From Antechinus flavipes (taxonomy: Eukaryota): a DNA stretch of 64,000 nt. The DNA lies in the NCBI RefSeq assembly GCF_016432865.1, contig NC_067399.1, forward strand, positions 400,024,001 through 400,088,000. The letters are read 5' to 3'. Below are positions 37,076 through 50,028 of this stretch, piece after piece (within the stretch, counting starts at the first letter, position 1; each line of letters begins with the position of its first letter). A program made the translations under genes and the position numbers. Under the pieces are notes generated by a model, which was not told the DNA's origin, searched no databases, and was given only the letters and a program-made list of their open reading frames with translations.

Positions 37076-37624
37076 TCTAGTATATTACAGTTGCCTTTAA
37101 TCATACCAGTCCATTATAGTTCAGTGGCCAAAAAAAATCACAGTGAAAACATTTATATAGCACTTTATACACTAAGTAGTTTGGCCACAGTGACTGCTGA
37201 AGATTGTTTTGAAAATATAAGAGAGGTTGTGATCCACATTAGTGGAAGAAGTTCCTCTACTGATAGAATCATGAGTTTTTGAAGTGTTTCAAGCATATGA
37301 AAACATAGTTCATCAAGTAAGTGGAGGAGAGATGATTTCAGACCAGAAGAGTAATCATGGAAAAAGAAATTAAATTTTTTCTTGGTCCTGGAGGTTAGAA
37401 CTAGGAGTAGAGGCAGGAAACTCTATGGAGGTAAATTTTTGCTTAATAGAAGGAAGGATGGAATGAAAAGAGTACAATTGGAAAAGCTAAGAATTAGTGA
37501 TTTCCCTTTCCTTTGTTCAAGCAAAGGTTAAATGATTCTTCTTAAGGGAGACAGCACAGGGCATTCCTGCAAGGAGCTGGAGGTTGGACTAAATGACTTC
37601 TTTTAAAAAAATTATTTATACCTT

Positions 37625-38775
37625 TCATTTTTATGAACCATAATTGTCTCTCATAGTTCTGTCCTGGTCCCTCCTTTCTTTTCCTTATATACTACTTTTT
37701 ATCAGCTCCCATGGACTTAATTACCATCTCTATGCTGATTATTCTCAAATCTCTCTTTCCTGTTTCAATCTCTTTGCTGATCTCCACTCTCACATCTCCA
37801 CCCTTTCTTTCATAGATCTTGATATGGATGTCTAGTAGACATCTTAAATTCAAAATAATATTCAAAAGAGAACTTTATTTTTTCCTTCCTAAATCCTTTC
37901 TTCTCTTACCTTTTCTATTAATGTAGAAGGCAACACCATCTTCCTAGTCCATTAGGCCTGCAACCTTGGAGTCATTATGGATTCCTCACCATCTCTTACC
38001 CCCCCACATCCAAGCTGTTGCTAAGTCCTGTTGAATTCACCTTTGCAGCATCCCTCCAATATGCTCCCTTCTCTCTTCTGACACTGCCATTGCCCTAGTG
38101 CAGCCTCCCATCTTCTCACACCTCGATTACTACAACAGCTTGCTAGTGGATCTTCTGGACTTATGTCTCTTCCCACTTCAATCTTTTTTCCATTTAGTCA
38201 CTAAAATAATTTTCCTACAACTTTAGTCTGATCAAGTCACCCCTTTATCAATAAATTCCAATAAATTCTTATTGCTTCCAGGATAAAATGCAAATTTCTC
38301 TGTTTGGAATTCAAATATTCACCATCTACCCCCTCCCATCTTTCTTGACTCCTTACTCATCCTGACATGTACAAATTCATTCAGTGATACTGTCTTCCTG
38401 GATATTCCACAAACAAGACACTCCATTTCTTGGTTCCACACATTTTTTTCTGACTATCCCTTATGCCTAGAATTCTCTTCTTGCTGTCTTCTACCTACTG
38501 ACATCCCTGGATTCCTTTATGTCCCAACTAAAATCCCACAATATTTAGGAATCCTTTCACAACTCCTCTTAATTCCAGTGCCTTCCCTTTATTAATTATT
38601 TTCTATTTAGCCTATATATAGCTTGCCTTTTACATATTTGTTTGCATGCTGTTTCTCCTGTTTCTGCCCTCAAAGACAGGGACTGTATTTTGCTTCTTGT
38701 TGTATTTCTAATTCCTAGCACAGTGCCTAACATGTAGTAGGTACTTAATAAATGTTCATTTATTGATTGGCTGAT
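37625..38775 (+). mobile_element. L2 LINE 3' portion (about 1.15 kb)
   Basis: 'ttaccatctctatgctgat' (the YHLYADD RT motif), ending with the typical L2 tail 'cacagtgcctaacatgtagtaggtacttaataaatgttcatttattgattg'. Confidence 0.88.
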
Positions 38776-39439
38776 TAATCAGAATTATTTGAAAATATTA
38801 TTTCAAAAATTATTTGAAAATATACCTCTTCCTCCACTTCACTTGATGAAACATGCCCTGCCACAAAGAATAACAAAGAAAGGAAAAAAATATATGGTTC
38901 AGCAAAATTAGCCCATCATTACTAAACATATCAACTGATTCTGATAAAGCATACAAGGCTATATATTCATAATTCTTCACTTCTGCAAAGACTGGGAGGG
39001 GTGAGATATTTTCTTTTTTTTCAAACCAAACTTTGTTCATAAAATTACACAACATTCAACTTTTTGTTTTTATTGTTTATTTTTCTCTTAGATTACAGTA
39101 CTCATTGGGTATATTGCAACATTATTTGGTTTACTTAACACTGTTTTATCTAAATCCACTTATGCGTCTCTATAGTTTTCATATTTATCATTTCTTATGT
39201 CACTGGTACTATAACATTTTTGTACTAAAATTTCAATCACTCATGAAGCATTTATTAAGTGCCAAGCATTGTTCTAAGTCCTGAGAATACAAAGAAAGGT
39301 AATAATTGATTCCTACTCTCAAAGAACTCATATAGTCTAACATGAATTTTGTTTATATCTTCCCCAATAAAATGCTAATTGTTTTATTTTTAGTAATTTG
39401 CCAGCACTGAAAAAATGTTTTGCTATAAACATTTTGTAA

Positions 39440-40430
39440 TAGACAGGGCATTTATGCCTGTCTTTTATTTCCTTGAAGTCTATGCCTAGTAGTGTGATCT
39501 TTGGGTCAAAGGGTAAAGGAATTTTAATCGTTTGCTTGGAATAATTTCAAATTCCTTTCCAGATATGTAGGGCACTTTTCTTATCAGAACTTCACTAACA
39601 TTACTGAATATGATATAAAACAGCAGAGTTGTTTTGATTTGCATTAGTGATTTGGAATAGTCTATCATATGGCTATTTGTAGTTTGCAGTTATTTATAAA
39701 AGTATTTGTTCGTATTCTTTGGTTACTTATCCATTAGGGAATGGCTCTTGAGCTTATATACTTGTGGTACAAAGTTCCTTACGTTTTTTGGATATCAGTC
39801 TCAGCAGGGCTATTTAATATCAAGATTTTTTCTTATTTTTAACTTCTTTTATCCTAATTACATCAATTTTGCTCTTACAAAAACTTTTTAATTTAATATA
39901 CTTGAATTGATCTTTTATCTTTTCTGATCACATCTATACCTATGTTACTCAGGGATTCTTTCCTTAGACATAGTAATACTTATTTTCTTCTAATATTAAT
40001 GGCATTTAATTAATTAGTATTTATTAATTACTGGTATTTTTTTACCAGTATTCTGGTATTAATTAGCATTCGGGTCACATACCCATTCTGAACTCATGGT
40101 GGTATATGGTACCATGTAGGTCTAAAATTAATTTCTACCAAATTGTCTTTAAGTTTCCTCAGCATTTCTTGTTCTTTATCAGATACTTATTAAATCCCAT
40201 TGTTTCCAATTCTTCCTCTTCTAATCTGTTCAACTGATCTACTTTTCTACTTTTTAGTAAATATAAAATAAATTTTGATGATTATTGCTTTATAGCAAAG
40301 TTTGAGCTCTGTACATCCTATTTCCTCTTCATTCCCATCTTTTCCCCCTATTATTTCCCTTGAGACTCTGGGCTTTTTTCTCCAAATGAATTTTGTTATT
40401 ATTTTGAAACTAGATAAATTTTAAAATCTC
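39440..40430 (-). mobile_element. Old L1 ORF2 fragment
   Basis: 'ctttgggtcaaagggta...ttgatttgcattag...acccattctgaactcatggtggtatatgg'. Confidence 0.7.
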
Positions 40431-41789
40431 TTCCAGCTCTGAGGATGTTATTTGTTCCTCTATGATTAACTCACAGGAAATATATGTAACCATTCTCTCC
40501 TTGTTATCAGCCACATGACCATTTGACTCTAGGTAGTAGGAGATTTTAATAGCCTGGAGGTTAATAAGCATATAACTCCCAAGTTGGATATGAGCTATCC
40601 TTTTTGAAGTTTACCTTATCTTACACTTGTGTATATGTCTTCCCTACCCATTATATTGCAAGTTCTTTGACAACAAGAAGTTGCAATTTTTTCATCTTTG
40701 TATTCCGAAGACTTAGCACAGGCCCCTGCCCATAGTACTAATTTAATTAAATTGAAATCAATTGAATAGAATGTCTTTTGAATTTAGCCTCCTGTATGCT
40801 TTTTTCTCTTTTTGTCAATGTTTTCTCTTTTCTCCTAGTTCAGTATCTCCAAGGAAAAGGTAATTGGATTTTTTTTTTTAAAAAGCAACAAAAAACTACT
40901 CTAATAATTGGGTATATACCTATTGGTACTTTTGACCCCATGTGTCCTTGGTTTCAGATCCAGACTCACTTTATCTCACAGACTGACAGTATTTGAGAGG
41001 GAACCATCCCATGATGCTCCTCAGTTTTCTGTGCAAGTTCTGGGCTGGAAACCATTGGGCATTGGGTCACAGCTTAGTCACTTCAGTGAAAAGGGAAAAC
41101 ACTCATTAAATCAAGATACCGACTTTTTCTCTCCAGCATCCCGGTAGAATCTATAAACAAAGCTCACAAGAACAGGAAACATGTGTGAAGAAGCTAATTA
41201 GCTTGGCAGAGAAGCCAGAACAACCGGGTCTATTTTGTGAAAATTAGCACTTTTTTAAGGTTGCGAGAGACCGTTAGGACACACTGACACGATGATGTGA
41301 CCCTTATTTTTGGAAACACAAGTGAGCTTAGACCACTCCTGAGTTTACCTCACCAAGTACCTAATGGGAAACAGGCACCTAGTTAGCACCTTGTCAGCAA
41401 AGGAAAGATGCTCAGAGCCTTTTAGAGAAACAGACACACTACATCTCTGTGTCTTCTCTGTATCTGGGTAAGGCCTGAGGCATGGGATGCATTTATGTTG
41501 GTGCATCTCAGGATCCTAGGAGCTGGAAGGAGACTCTAGGGGTCTAGTTCAATCTCTTCATTTTACTGAGGAGGAAATTGAGACTTAGTAACTTATAACT
41601 AGTAACTAAGTAACTTGTGCAATTGTTATTTGTACTGATGCAAATAACTTATGCAATTGTTACTTGCAGTGATGCAAGTAACAGTGACAAGATCTAAACC
41701 CAGATTTTGTCATTCAGATTCAGAAACAGTATGTTCCCCCACTGGGTCCATGTCTATGCATGAACATACATGGTCATGTGCCTGCTTTC

Positions 41790-42062
41790 CTTTCCTCCTT
41801 TCTCTCTCTACTTTCTCTTTCTCCCTCTGTGTCTCTCTGTCATCTCTCTATCTCTTTCTCTGTCATCTCTCTATCTGCCTCTGTCTTTCTCTTTCTGTTT
41901 CTTTCTTTCTGTCTGTCTCTGTTTCTTTCTTCCTCCTTCTACTTCTCCCTTTCTCTCCCTCTACTTTCTCTTTCTCCCTCTCTCTGTAATTTGTCTGTCT
42001 CTCTGTTCTCTTTCTCTATCTCTATCTATCTGTTTCTCTGTCTCTCTCTCTCTTTGCATGTC
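41790..42062 (+). repeat. (TC)/(TCTG)-rich low-complexity tract
   Basis: Directly visible; explains three spurious overlapping S/L/F-rich ORFs. Confidence 0.95.
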
Positions 42063-43503
42063 TATATATGTATCTGTGTAGAATGTGGTCAGAAGGAGCT
42101 ATTGAAGTGACAGGAGAATCTTTTGTGATGACCCTTGGAATGAGCTATTAGCATGCAATAAAAAGAGAAAGAATGAGACTCAAATGTGACCTGGGAAATG
42201 AGCTAGATTCTCAAGGCAGTTTTCTCTTATTTTGAGTTAAAGTAAGAAAATAAAAAAGTTACTTTGAGTTATTTTTCTTACTTTGACTTCATAATAGCAC
42301 TAGGGACCAAGAGTGCATTTATGGAGTCAATGTGGTACAATGAAATGAATGCTAGATTTGGAGTCAGAATAGTACTTAGAGTTCAGATCCCAGCTATGCT
42401 TCTTGGTACCTGCATAAGCTTTGTCTGACCCTGAGTAAAGGGCCCTGATATGGAAACATTTTGCTAACTTGGCCTTTGTTGGTTGTCCTTACCTTCCCCC
42501 TACAGTAAGGAAAGGCTATCCCAAATGTACCTTTCTGGAGAGTTGCAAGAGGTCACCTGAAGATAGTTTTGTAGGAAGATTGAGTTTAGGAAATACCCTG
42601 GCCCAGGCAGCAGGTTCTTGCAATGTAAATGGTTAGACTGTCCCAGAGGCCCAGTATTAATTGGTCTTCAGAAAGCAAAGATGTATATATCTACTCTGAT
42701 CATTATTCTCATCCTTCCCATACCTATCCTACTGAGTAGGGGATCTTATTGAGTGCCTGAAAAATTTTGTGCTAAAAATCATTTGCTATTATATAAAACA
42801 ACATTCTGATTCCCCCCACTCAGAATATCTGGGACTGTGGATATGTATTATGGGGATCTCCCATATGAGGAAATTGCTCCAAGGAAGTTTAAGACTTTCT
42901 CTGTACCTCTTAGCCATAGTGATTAGAGATTCAGTGACTTCCCTAGGGTCACATATATATTATATGACAGATCAGAGACTTTTAATCAGGTCTTTCAGGC
43001 TTTGTGACCAGCTTTCCATCCACTATGTCATCTGTCTCAGGGAGTAGTATTACACATAAGGTCAGGGATCTTTCCTGATGCTGAATAAGATCATGGGTAG
43101 AGATGCTAGTGGAACAAAACCATTGGCCATCATACTCGTATCATTTCAAAGAAGTCCTCTGGTGCATAGAAACTTCTGTTTTGAAATGCTTAGGAGGAAA
43201 TAGGAGGCAAGATGGAAATCTCAGATCCTTATTTGAATTATGGCTTTTTCTTGCTATCAGAAATGGGAACTCATGTATCCTTGATGGGAAGTGAGGTCTA
43301 GTAACCCCTGATTCATTTCAGGCTATGGGGGAAGGGCTAGCTGATTTTTTTGTCTGTATTTGTTTTTGTTCAGAGTTCTGTACTAGACATTGAGGCTAGG
43401 AAGAAGAAAATTCAGGACAGGCTAAGATAATTTAAAATCTAGAAAGAGAATGAGACCCAAAAGTATAATTCAAATTAAAACATGATTAAGAGTATAAGGA
43501 GAG

Positions 43504-43656
43504 GGGGGCAGCTAGCTGGCACAGTGCATGGAGTACTAGTCCTAGTGAAAGGAAGACCTGAGTTTAAATCCTATTTCAGGTACTTGAGGCCTGACACTTA
43601 CTAGGGTTTTGACTGTGGGAAAGTCACTTAATCCCACTTGCCTTGCAAGGAAAAAA
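43504..43656 (+). mobile_element. WSINE1-type SINE
   Basis: 'gggggcagctagctggcacagtg...gtcacttaatcccacttgccttgcaaggaaaaaaa'. Confidence 0.8.
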
Positions 43657-44389
43657 AGTTTTGGATAGATAAAGAGAGGCGTAAGAGATTCAGGAAGGAT
43701 GTATCATTCTGAATTATTGGTAGCAGAGAAATTTAATGGAAGAGATGGCATCTAATATGGGAAGAGAAGGATTTTGGAAGGTAAAGATATGGGGAACCAT
43801 TCTAGGAACATTGTAAAATACTGAAGACAGTATGGAAATAGGGAACAGTGAGTAATCCAATTTATCTGGCACATAGAATACAGAGTTCGAGATTGATAGA
43901 ACAAGGTCTCAGGGAAGATGTGAGGAGATGGTATTGGGGGAATAGGTGACTTGGCTAGCCTTGATAAAAAGAAAGGACCACCTCATTTTCTGAGAACTCA
44001 AATGAATTTGTGATTGCATTGATTTGGTTGAACATTGAAGAAAGCAATCCTTTCATGCCTTCTCAACCTGTGCAATTGCTGTCCATGTTTTCTTATAAAT
44101 TCTTTACAAATGGTCTACCCAACATGTTGGAAACATAGCAAGGGTTTTAAAGGAACAGTTCTACTATCCACCTGCTCTTACCCTGATTCCATGACCAGAC
44201 CATTTTTTCTAGCTAGTTTATGTTTTGTTGTGACTCCTTTACCTTATTATTCCAAGTTACCTGTTGGTTACATGTCATAACATGCTCACATCCTTCATAT
44301 GTTTCTCCATTGTCCTCTGTAGGATAGTTATTTATGAATATTTTTAGAGACTATTCCAGAGGCTATTGCTGCCATAAACAATAGTGTTA

Positions 44390-44990
44390 GAATGTTTAAA
44401 AGATGAAAGGGAAGCCTGAGGCCATTAAAGGCATTTTACTATTTATTGAAAGAAGAAATTAGAAGATTTTGGAGAATTGGGGAGATGAGAAAGAATCTTT
44501 AGGGAACCCCAAATCTTCTCATTGAAATAGAAGACAAGGTCCTTCACTATAAATAGATGGGAAAGATGGAAGTAAAATTGAGGGGCTTGAAGAGAGAGAA
44601 GGAGGTTTAGATGGCTGCTGTGAGAAATGAGTCAATTAGAGTCAATTAGAATTGAAAAAAAGAGATTTCTGTGTAGTAATGAAGATCCAATTGAGGTTAT
44701 AGAGCATGAATTTGTAATGGAGCAAGCCAGTGTGGTTTTATGACTTTCTTGGCAATAGGAGCAGAGGTGAATTGTGGAGGTTACCCAAGTTTGAGGATTA
44801 GCTAGGAAAGGATGGCTCAGTCTGTGCTCAACATTAGGGCTCAAGCTGTGCCTACACAATAGAACAAAGCTAGCTGGCCTATCTAGGGATGGAGTACGTT
44901 TTTGGCCCATTTTATATACTATTTTAACCAAATTTAGACCTGCACTCAGCTGTTTCCCAGGGGGGCAGACACCCAGGTTGCTAAGCAAAG
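44390..44990 (-). mobile_element. L2 internal fragment
   Basis: Purine-rich 'gagaaagaatctttagggaaccccaaatcttctcattgaaatagaagacaagg...ttgaggttatagagcatgaa'. Confidence 0.55.
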
Positions 44991-45747
44991 GAGACTGGCA
45001 CTGTCAGGCCCTGGCACCTTTGGAGAGGTGGATAAGGCACCTAGTTGCCTGGACAAGCTGTCCCTTTGGCTTCTTTTCCCAAAGGGTCCTTATCAGAGAT
45101 ACTTTTGCCTATTGACTGCAGGCTGGGAGGGACAAGGAGGAGGAGAATGGGAAAGTGCACTCATAATGAAAACAAATCCAAGTGTTGAACCATCTGTTCT
45201 GATATGATGGTGAGCTTGGAAACTGCAGAAAATATGTTTGAGACCAAGAGAAAATTAAAAAACTGAAGATGGATAGTGGTCTGAATGAAACCAGAATAGA
45301 AACAAACCCACAAGAACAAAGTAGACAGATCCCAATAGTATTGAGGAGGGAAATCAGCACAAAACCTTTCCAGGGAGATGAACAACAGGTTCTGTATATA
45401 ATAATAAATGTGTACATTGCAGCAATTGTCTGATTACCTTTACAATTTCCTTATTTTAGGGAGTCTTGCAGAAGGGCCCCTCTCTGACCCTCAGAATTAA
45501 GGCCCATGTTAAATCTGACCTTTTCTATGAATTTTTAAAAATCTGCCTCCTTGCCCTTCATTGTACTTCCAGCCAGACAATATTGTTCTATCCCCTTTTG
45601 AGTCACTCATTGTTCTCCTGGAGGACATTTTTGTGATTGAGTTACCTTCTTTCTTCTCTTGTAGAAGAGCCCTATTTCCCCCAAGCCTGTGTACCCCTCA
45701 GGGGCAAGACTGGCAAAAGGAAATATATTTATTATCTTCTCCTACAT

Positions 45748-45975
45748 TAGGAATACTTAATCCAGGATCCATGGAAGGGGTCTAGGAATAGATTTCAGGG
45801 GATTTTATGTACTTGGATGGGGAAAAATGAGATCTTTATTTCAATATATAGTAATTGTTTTTCTTTGAAATTCATGTAGTTCATTTTATGCATTTAAAAT
45901 CATTATTTTGAGAAAGAGTCCATAAGTTTCACCAGATTTTCAAAGAGGTCCATGACAAAAAAAATTTTTAAATTA
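45748..45975 (-). mobile_element. Ancient hAT-type non-autonomous DNA element (copy 3, inverted)
   Basis: 'ttttatgcatttaaaatcattattttgagaaagagtccataagtttcaccaga...gtccatgaca' is the reverse of the body at 13463. Confidence 0.65.
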
Positions 45976-46840
45976 ACAAAAGAAGTCTGATCTTAGGCTG
46001 GGGTCTCTTAAATGAGGCTCCAGTCTGCTAGCATTCACTGCTCCCTCCTCCCCTTCCCAGACTTTAAAGGACAAGATGGAGAGAAAGGCACAGGTTTGTT
46101 TATTTCTGGATTTCTTCTCCAGCTCTGAGTTCCCTAAGGATGCCCTCTGCATCTGTTCTTTCTCTTTCCCCTCATACTGTCTGATCCTTCTTAGTGCTTT
46201 CCTTCTTTCCTCCAAACTGCAAACTTACCTATAGTAAGGGTGGTATTTATTTTTTCTTTCTTCACAATTTCCAATATTGTGATATCCATGAGTTAAAGGC
46301 CTGCTTGCCCTTTCTCTTCTAATCTATTCTTGAAGGAGGCAGGGTCTAAGGTAGCTTCAGGTCTATTCTTTTTTCTGTTTTTTTTTTGGGGAGAGTTTTC
46401 ATCCCTGTCTCTCCAAAGTTGTGATATTCTCAAGGGTAAAAACTTTATTCCTCTTCTCCCCCCAAACCTTAAGGTCCTTAAGGATAAGACTTTGCTTTCT
46501 CTGTCCTCCTTTCCCATTTTATATAAATATATTTTGGGGATGTGTCTGGACTGAACTATAGGTTTGAATACCTTAGGTCTAGAAGATGTTGAATAGTTCA
46601 CCTGAAATCACACAGCCAGAATGTTACCATCTTTTTCCCATGATTGTATGTGAAATGTTGGCAATTTGTGTAAGAGGGATTCAGAGTCATTATCTGGAAA
46701 AACCCAGGAACATCTGTTCTTCCATTCAGGTACACTTCTAGAAATAGCATAGTCCTAGCTTTTGTGTGTGATCTGGAGAAAACTAGTTAAAATCCCATGA
46801 CTTAAGGTCTCTGAGCTATAATTCAATTCATTGTATTAAT

Positions 46841-46988
46841 GTAACCTATTTAACATGTAAAGGACTGCTTGCCATCTGGGGGAGGGGGTGGAGGGAGAGA
46901 GGGGAAAAATCGGAACAGAAGTGAGTGCAAGGGATAATGCTGTAAAAAATCCCTGGCATAGGTTCTGTCAATAAAAAGTTATTTAAAA
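46841..46988 (+). mobile_element. Extremely 5'-truncated young L1 (148 bp, 3'UTR only), 16-bp perfect TSD
   Basis: TSD AATTCATTGTATTAAT at 46825-46840 and 46989-47004; closely matches the 3' end of the 7351-8072 L1. Confidence 0.95.
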
Positions 46989-48411
46989 AATTCATTGTAT
47001 TAATTGAGAACATTTGCTGACCTTTTGTGAGCATAGGATGAGAGGTTAATGATCTTTGGAAGGGATTTAGACCAAGTTAGGAATAAGAAAAGGTTGCCAC
47101 ATCTGGATTTAAAAGAGCAGTAGGAAGTCATCATGACCTGGAAACTCTCTGGCTCAAAGATATCTATAAAACAAAAAGATTTGAAGGAAGGCCAAAATAC
47201 TCATATGGCCAGATTTGAATATAAACAAAGATGGGATTGATTGATAGGAAATGTGGGTTGGGATTGTTCTTTCTCAAGAAATTCAAATGTAACACTAATA
47301 TACATAGAATCTGATTTTTTTTTGTCCTGAAAAACTCAACAGATACCAAATAAGTGTTATTCACATGCAAAGAAAGGTAAAAAGTCAGTCTCTTCCCTTA
47401 AAGAATTTAACATTTTTCTAAAGTTTTCTGATATGCATATATCTAAGTATAATAAAAGATAAGTAGTGGAGAGAGAAGAATTTTTCCACACCTGATTTTA
47501 ATCCATCTATTATCAAATTAAATTACATCTAATTCATTTCAATTCAATTCAACTCACATTTGTTTATTAGATAGTCACTAATTGGGATTAAGGACTTATT
47601 CTGAGTCAGACTTTGTATTAAGTCCTGGATATAGAAGAAAAGACAAATTAGGTTTTGAGAGTTTCTCTTAAGGAATACCATTTCATTGCTTCTTCTCTCT
47701 CCAACTAGATATAATTGCTTCTTAGTTTTTTTTCCCCCAGGTTTGGCTGGTTTATGTCTGTGTCTTTGGGTTTCCTTCTGATTTTTGTATTTATTTCCAT
47801 TACCTTAACATATAACTAGACACATAGACTCAAAACCTTAAAATTATCTTTGACCCTTCCATTTCTGCTACCAAATCTCTCTGATTTCACTTTGTCATTT
47901 GTCCCCTCCTTTTTACTCTCACTGATATGTTCTCAGTACCTTTTTTTCAGTTCTTAGCAAAGATCTTTACTCAAATGGTATAACAAGAAACAGTAGTCAC
48001 AAAGCATTTGCTCCTAAATCTGGAATATACTCTATACAATTACAAGAGTCTATGGGAGAAATGGACATGAACTTAAAGTATAGTGTAATAAGGCATGTAC
48101 TGATAGCTAAAGCAAACCAAAAGTACAGACTGTGGGGTCTCGATGCTTTTTCTTTCCCCAGAAGTGTCTGATGGGCTGTCATGAATGGTGGATGAATGGT
48201 CGATGCCTTGCTTTGCAAGGTACGGAATATTTGATCACCAGGTTGGTCCAGTGCTAGAATGGGCCAAGAATGCTGTTGAACTGCTGGTTATAGTCTAGCA
48301 GGTCACCCTGTCACTGGGAATTTGCTGCTAGACCAGGCTGTTTATCAACTGCTGTTGGCCACTACCACTTTAGTGTCCACTGTTACTGCCACCATTCAGT
48401 TCTGGGTTCTT

Positions 48412-49416
48412 TTTAAAATAGCTTTTTATTTACAAAACATATGCATGGGTAATTTTTCAACATTGACCCTTGCAAAACCTTGTGTTCCAAATTTTCCCCT
48501 CCTTCCCCCACCCTCTCCCCTGGATGGCAGATGGTCCAATATATGTTAAAGTATGTTAAATGCAATATATGTATACATATTTATACAGTTATCTGGCTGC
48601 ATAAGAAAAATCAGATCTAGAAAGAAAGAAAAAACTTGAGACGGAAAACCAAAATGCAAGCAAACAATAAAAGAGTAAAAATGCTATGTTGTGATCCACA
48701 GTCTCTCTCTGGTGTAGATGGCTCTCTTCATTACTGAACAATTGGAACTGGTTTGAATCATCTCATTGTTGAAGAGAGCCACCTCCATCAGAATTGATAA
48801 TTTTATAGTCTTGTTGTTGCCATGTATAGTGATCTCCTGGTTCTGCTCATTTCACTTTATATCAGTTCATGTAAGTCTCTCCAGGCCTCTCTGAAATCAT
48901 CCTGCTGGTCTTTTCTTACAGAACAATAATATTCCATAGTATTCATATGCCATAATTTATTCAGCCATCCTCCAACTGAAGAGCATCAATTCAGTTTCCA
49001 GTTTCCTGCCACTACAAAAAGGAATGCCACAAACATTCTTGCATGGACAGGTCCCTTTCCCTCCTTTAAGATCTCTTTGGGATATAAGCCCAGTAGTAAC
49101 TGGGTCAAAGGGTATGCACAGTTTAATAGCCCTTTGAGCATAGTTCCAAATTGTTCTCCAGAATGGTTGGATCCATTCACAATTCCACCAACAATGTATC
49201 AGTGTCCCAGTTTTTCCACATTCCCTCCAACATTCATCATTATCTTTTCCTGTCATCTTAGCCAATCTGAGAGGTGCTTAGTGGTATCTCAGAGTTGTCT
49301 TAATTTTCATTTCTCTGATCAATAGTGATTTGGAACACTCTTTCATATGAGTGGAGGTAGTTTCAATTTCATCATCTGAAAATTGTCTGTTCATATCCTT
49401 TGACTGTTTATCAATT
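48412..49416 (-). mobile_element. 5'-truncated L1 (about 1 kb)
   Basis: ORFs 48957-49265 (KTGTLIHCWWNCEWIQPFWRTIWNY, C-terminal Cys-rich region) and 48986-49180 are frameshifted ORF2p remnants. No TSD found. Confidence 0.92.
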
Positions 49417-49851
49417 CTCATTACCTTTCTTCACTGGGCTCTCATCCCATTTTTTAAAATCTGTCAACTCATAGGAAGACCAGTTGCAGAAGTTGGCTGG
49501 ACTCAGGCTCAGCCTTATAGTGCCTGTGAGACCTTACTATTACATACCCTATGGTATATAATCTCTGATCTCTTTTTACTCTTCCTATTCCTGAATTAAT
49601 TTATTATAAGACATTTTATGGCAAACTATCCTTTACCCCATTCCTCCTGTTCCTTCATTCTTATCCTCTCCAACCCTATCTCACCCATATCCATCCCCAT
49701 CTTCTTTTTCACTATGCTTTCTGGAATTCCTGTTCCATTTTGAACAAACTCCCTTCATTCTGGTCCTCTTTCTCTCATATGCCTTCAATCTATGAACCTT
49801 CACTGAGACTTGAATTCTCCCAATAATTGCATCAGTAGCCATCCTCTAGAC

Positions 49852-50028
49852 CATTGCTTCTTAAACATTTCTATTCATAAACCTTTTTTACCTTTGAAAT
49901 TTTATGGAACCCTTGGCATATAGATATATAAATCAAACATTTACTGGTAATAAATCATAATTTTGTGACTCTCACTTTCAGTTATAAGATTGCACATAAG
50001 GTTGTGAACCACAATTTAAGAAACTGGG
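49852..50028 (+). mobile_element. hAT-Charlie-type MITE
   Basis: Termini cattgcttcttaaac...tttaagaaactggg; flanks CTCTAGAC and TTCAAGAC (6/8), matching the NTCTAGAN Charlie target preference. Confidence 0.55.

Noticed and set aside
41651-42110. Three overlapping ORFs of 103-116 aa
   Set aside because: Caused by a TC-rich low-complexity tract that lacks stop codons.
48293-48333. Inverted repeat GTCTAGCAG...CTGCTAGAC as a pre-miRNA
   Set aside because: Only a 9-bp perfect stem with large bulges; too short and irregular for a miRNA hairpin.
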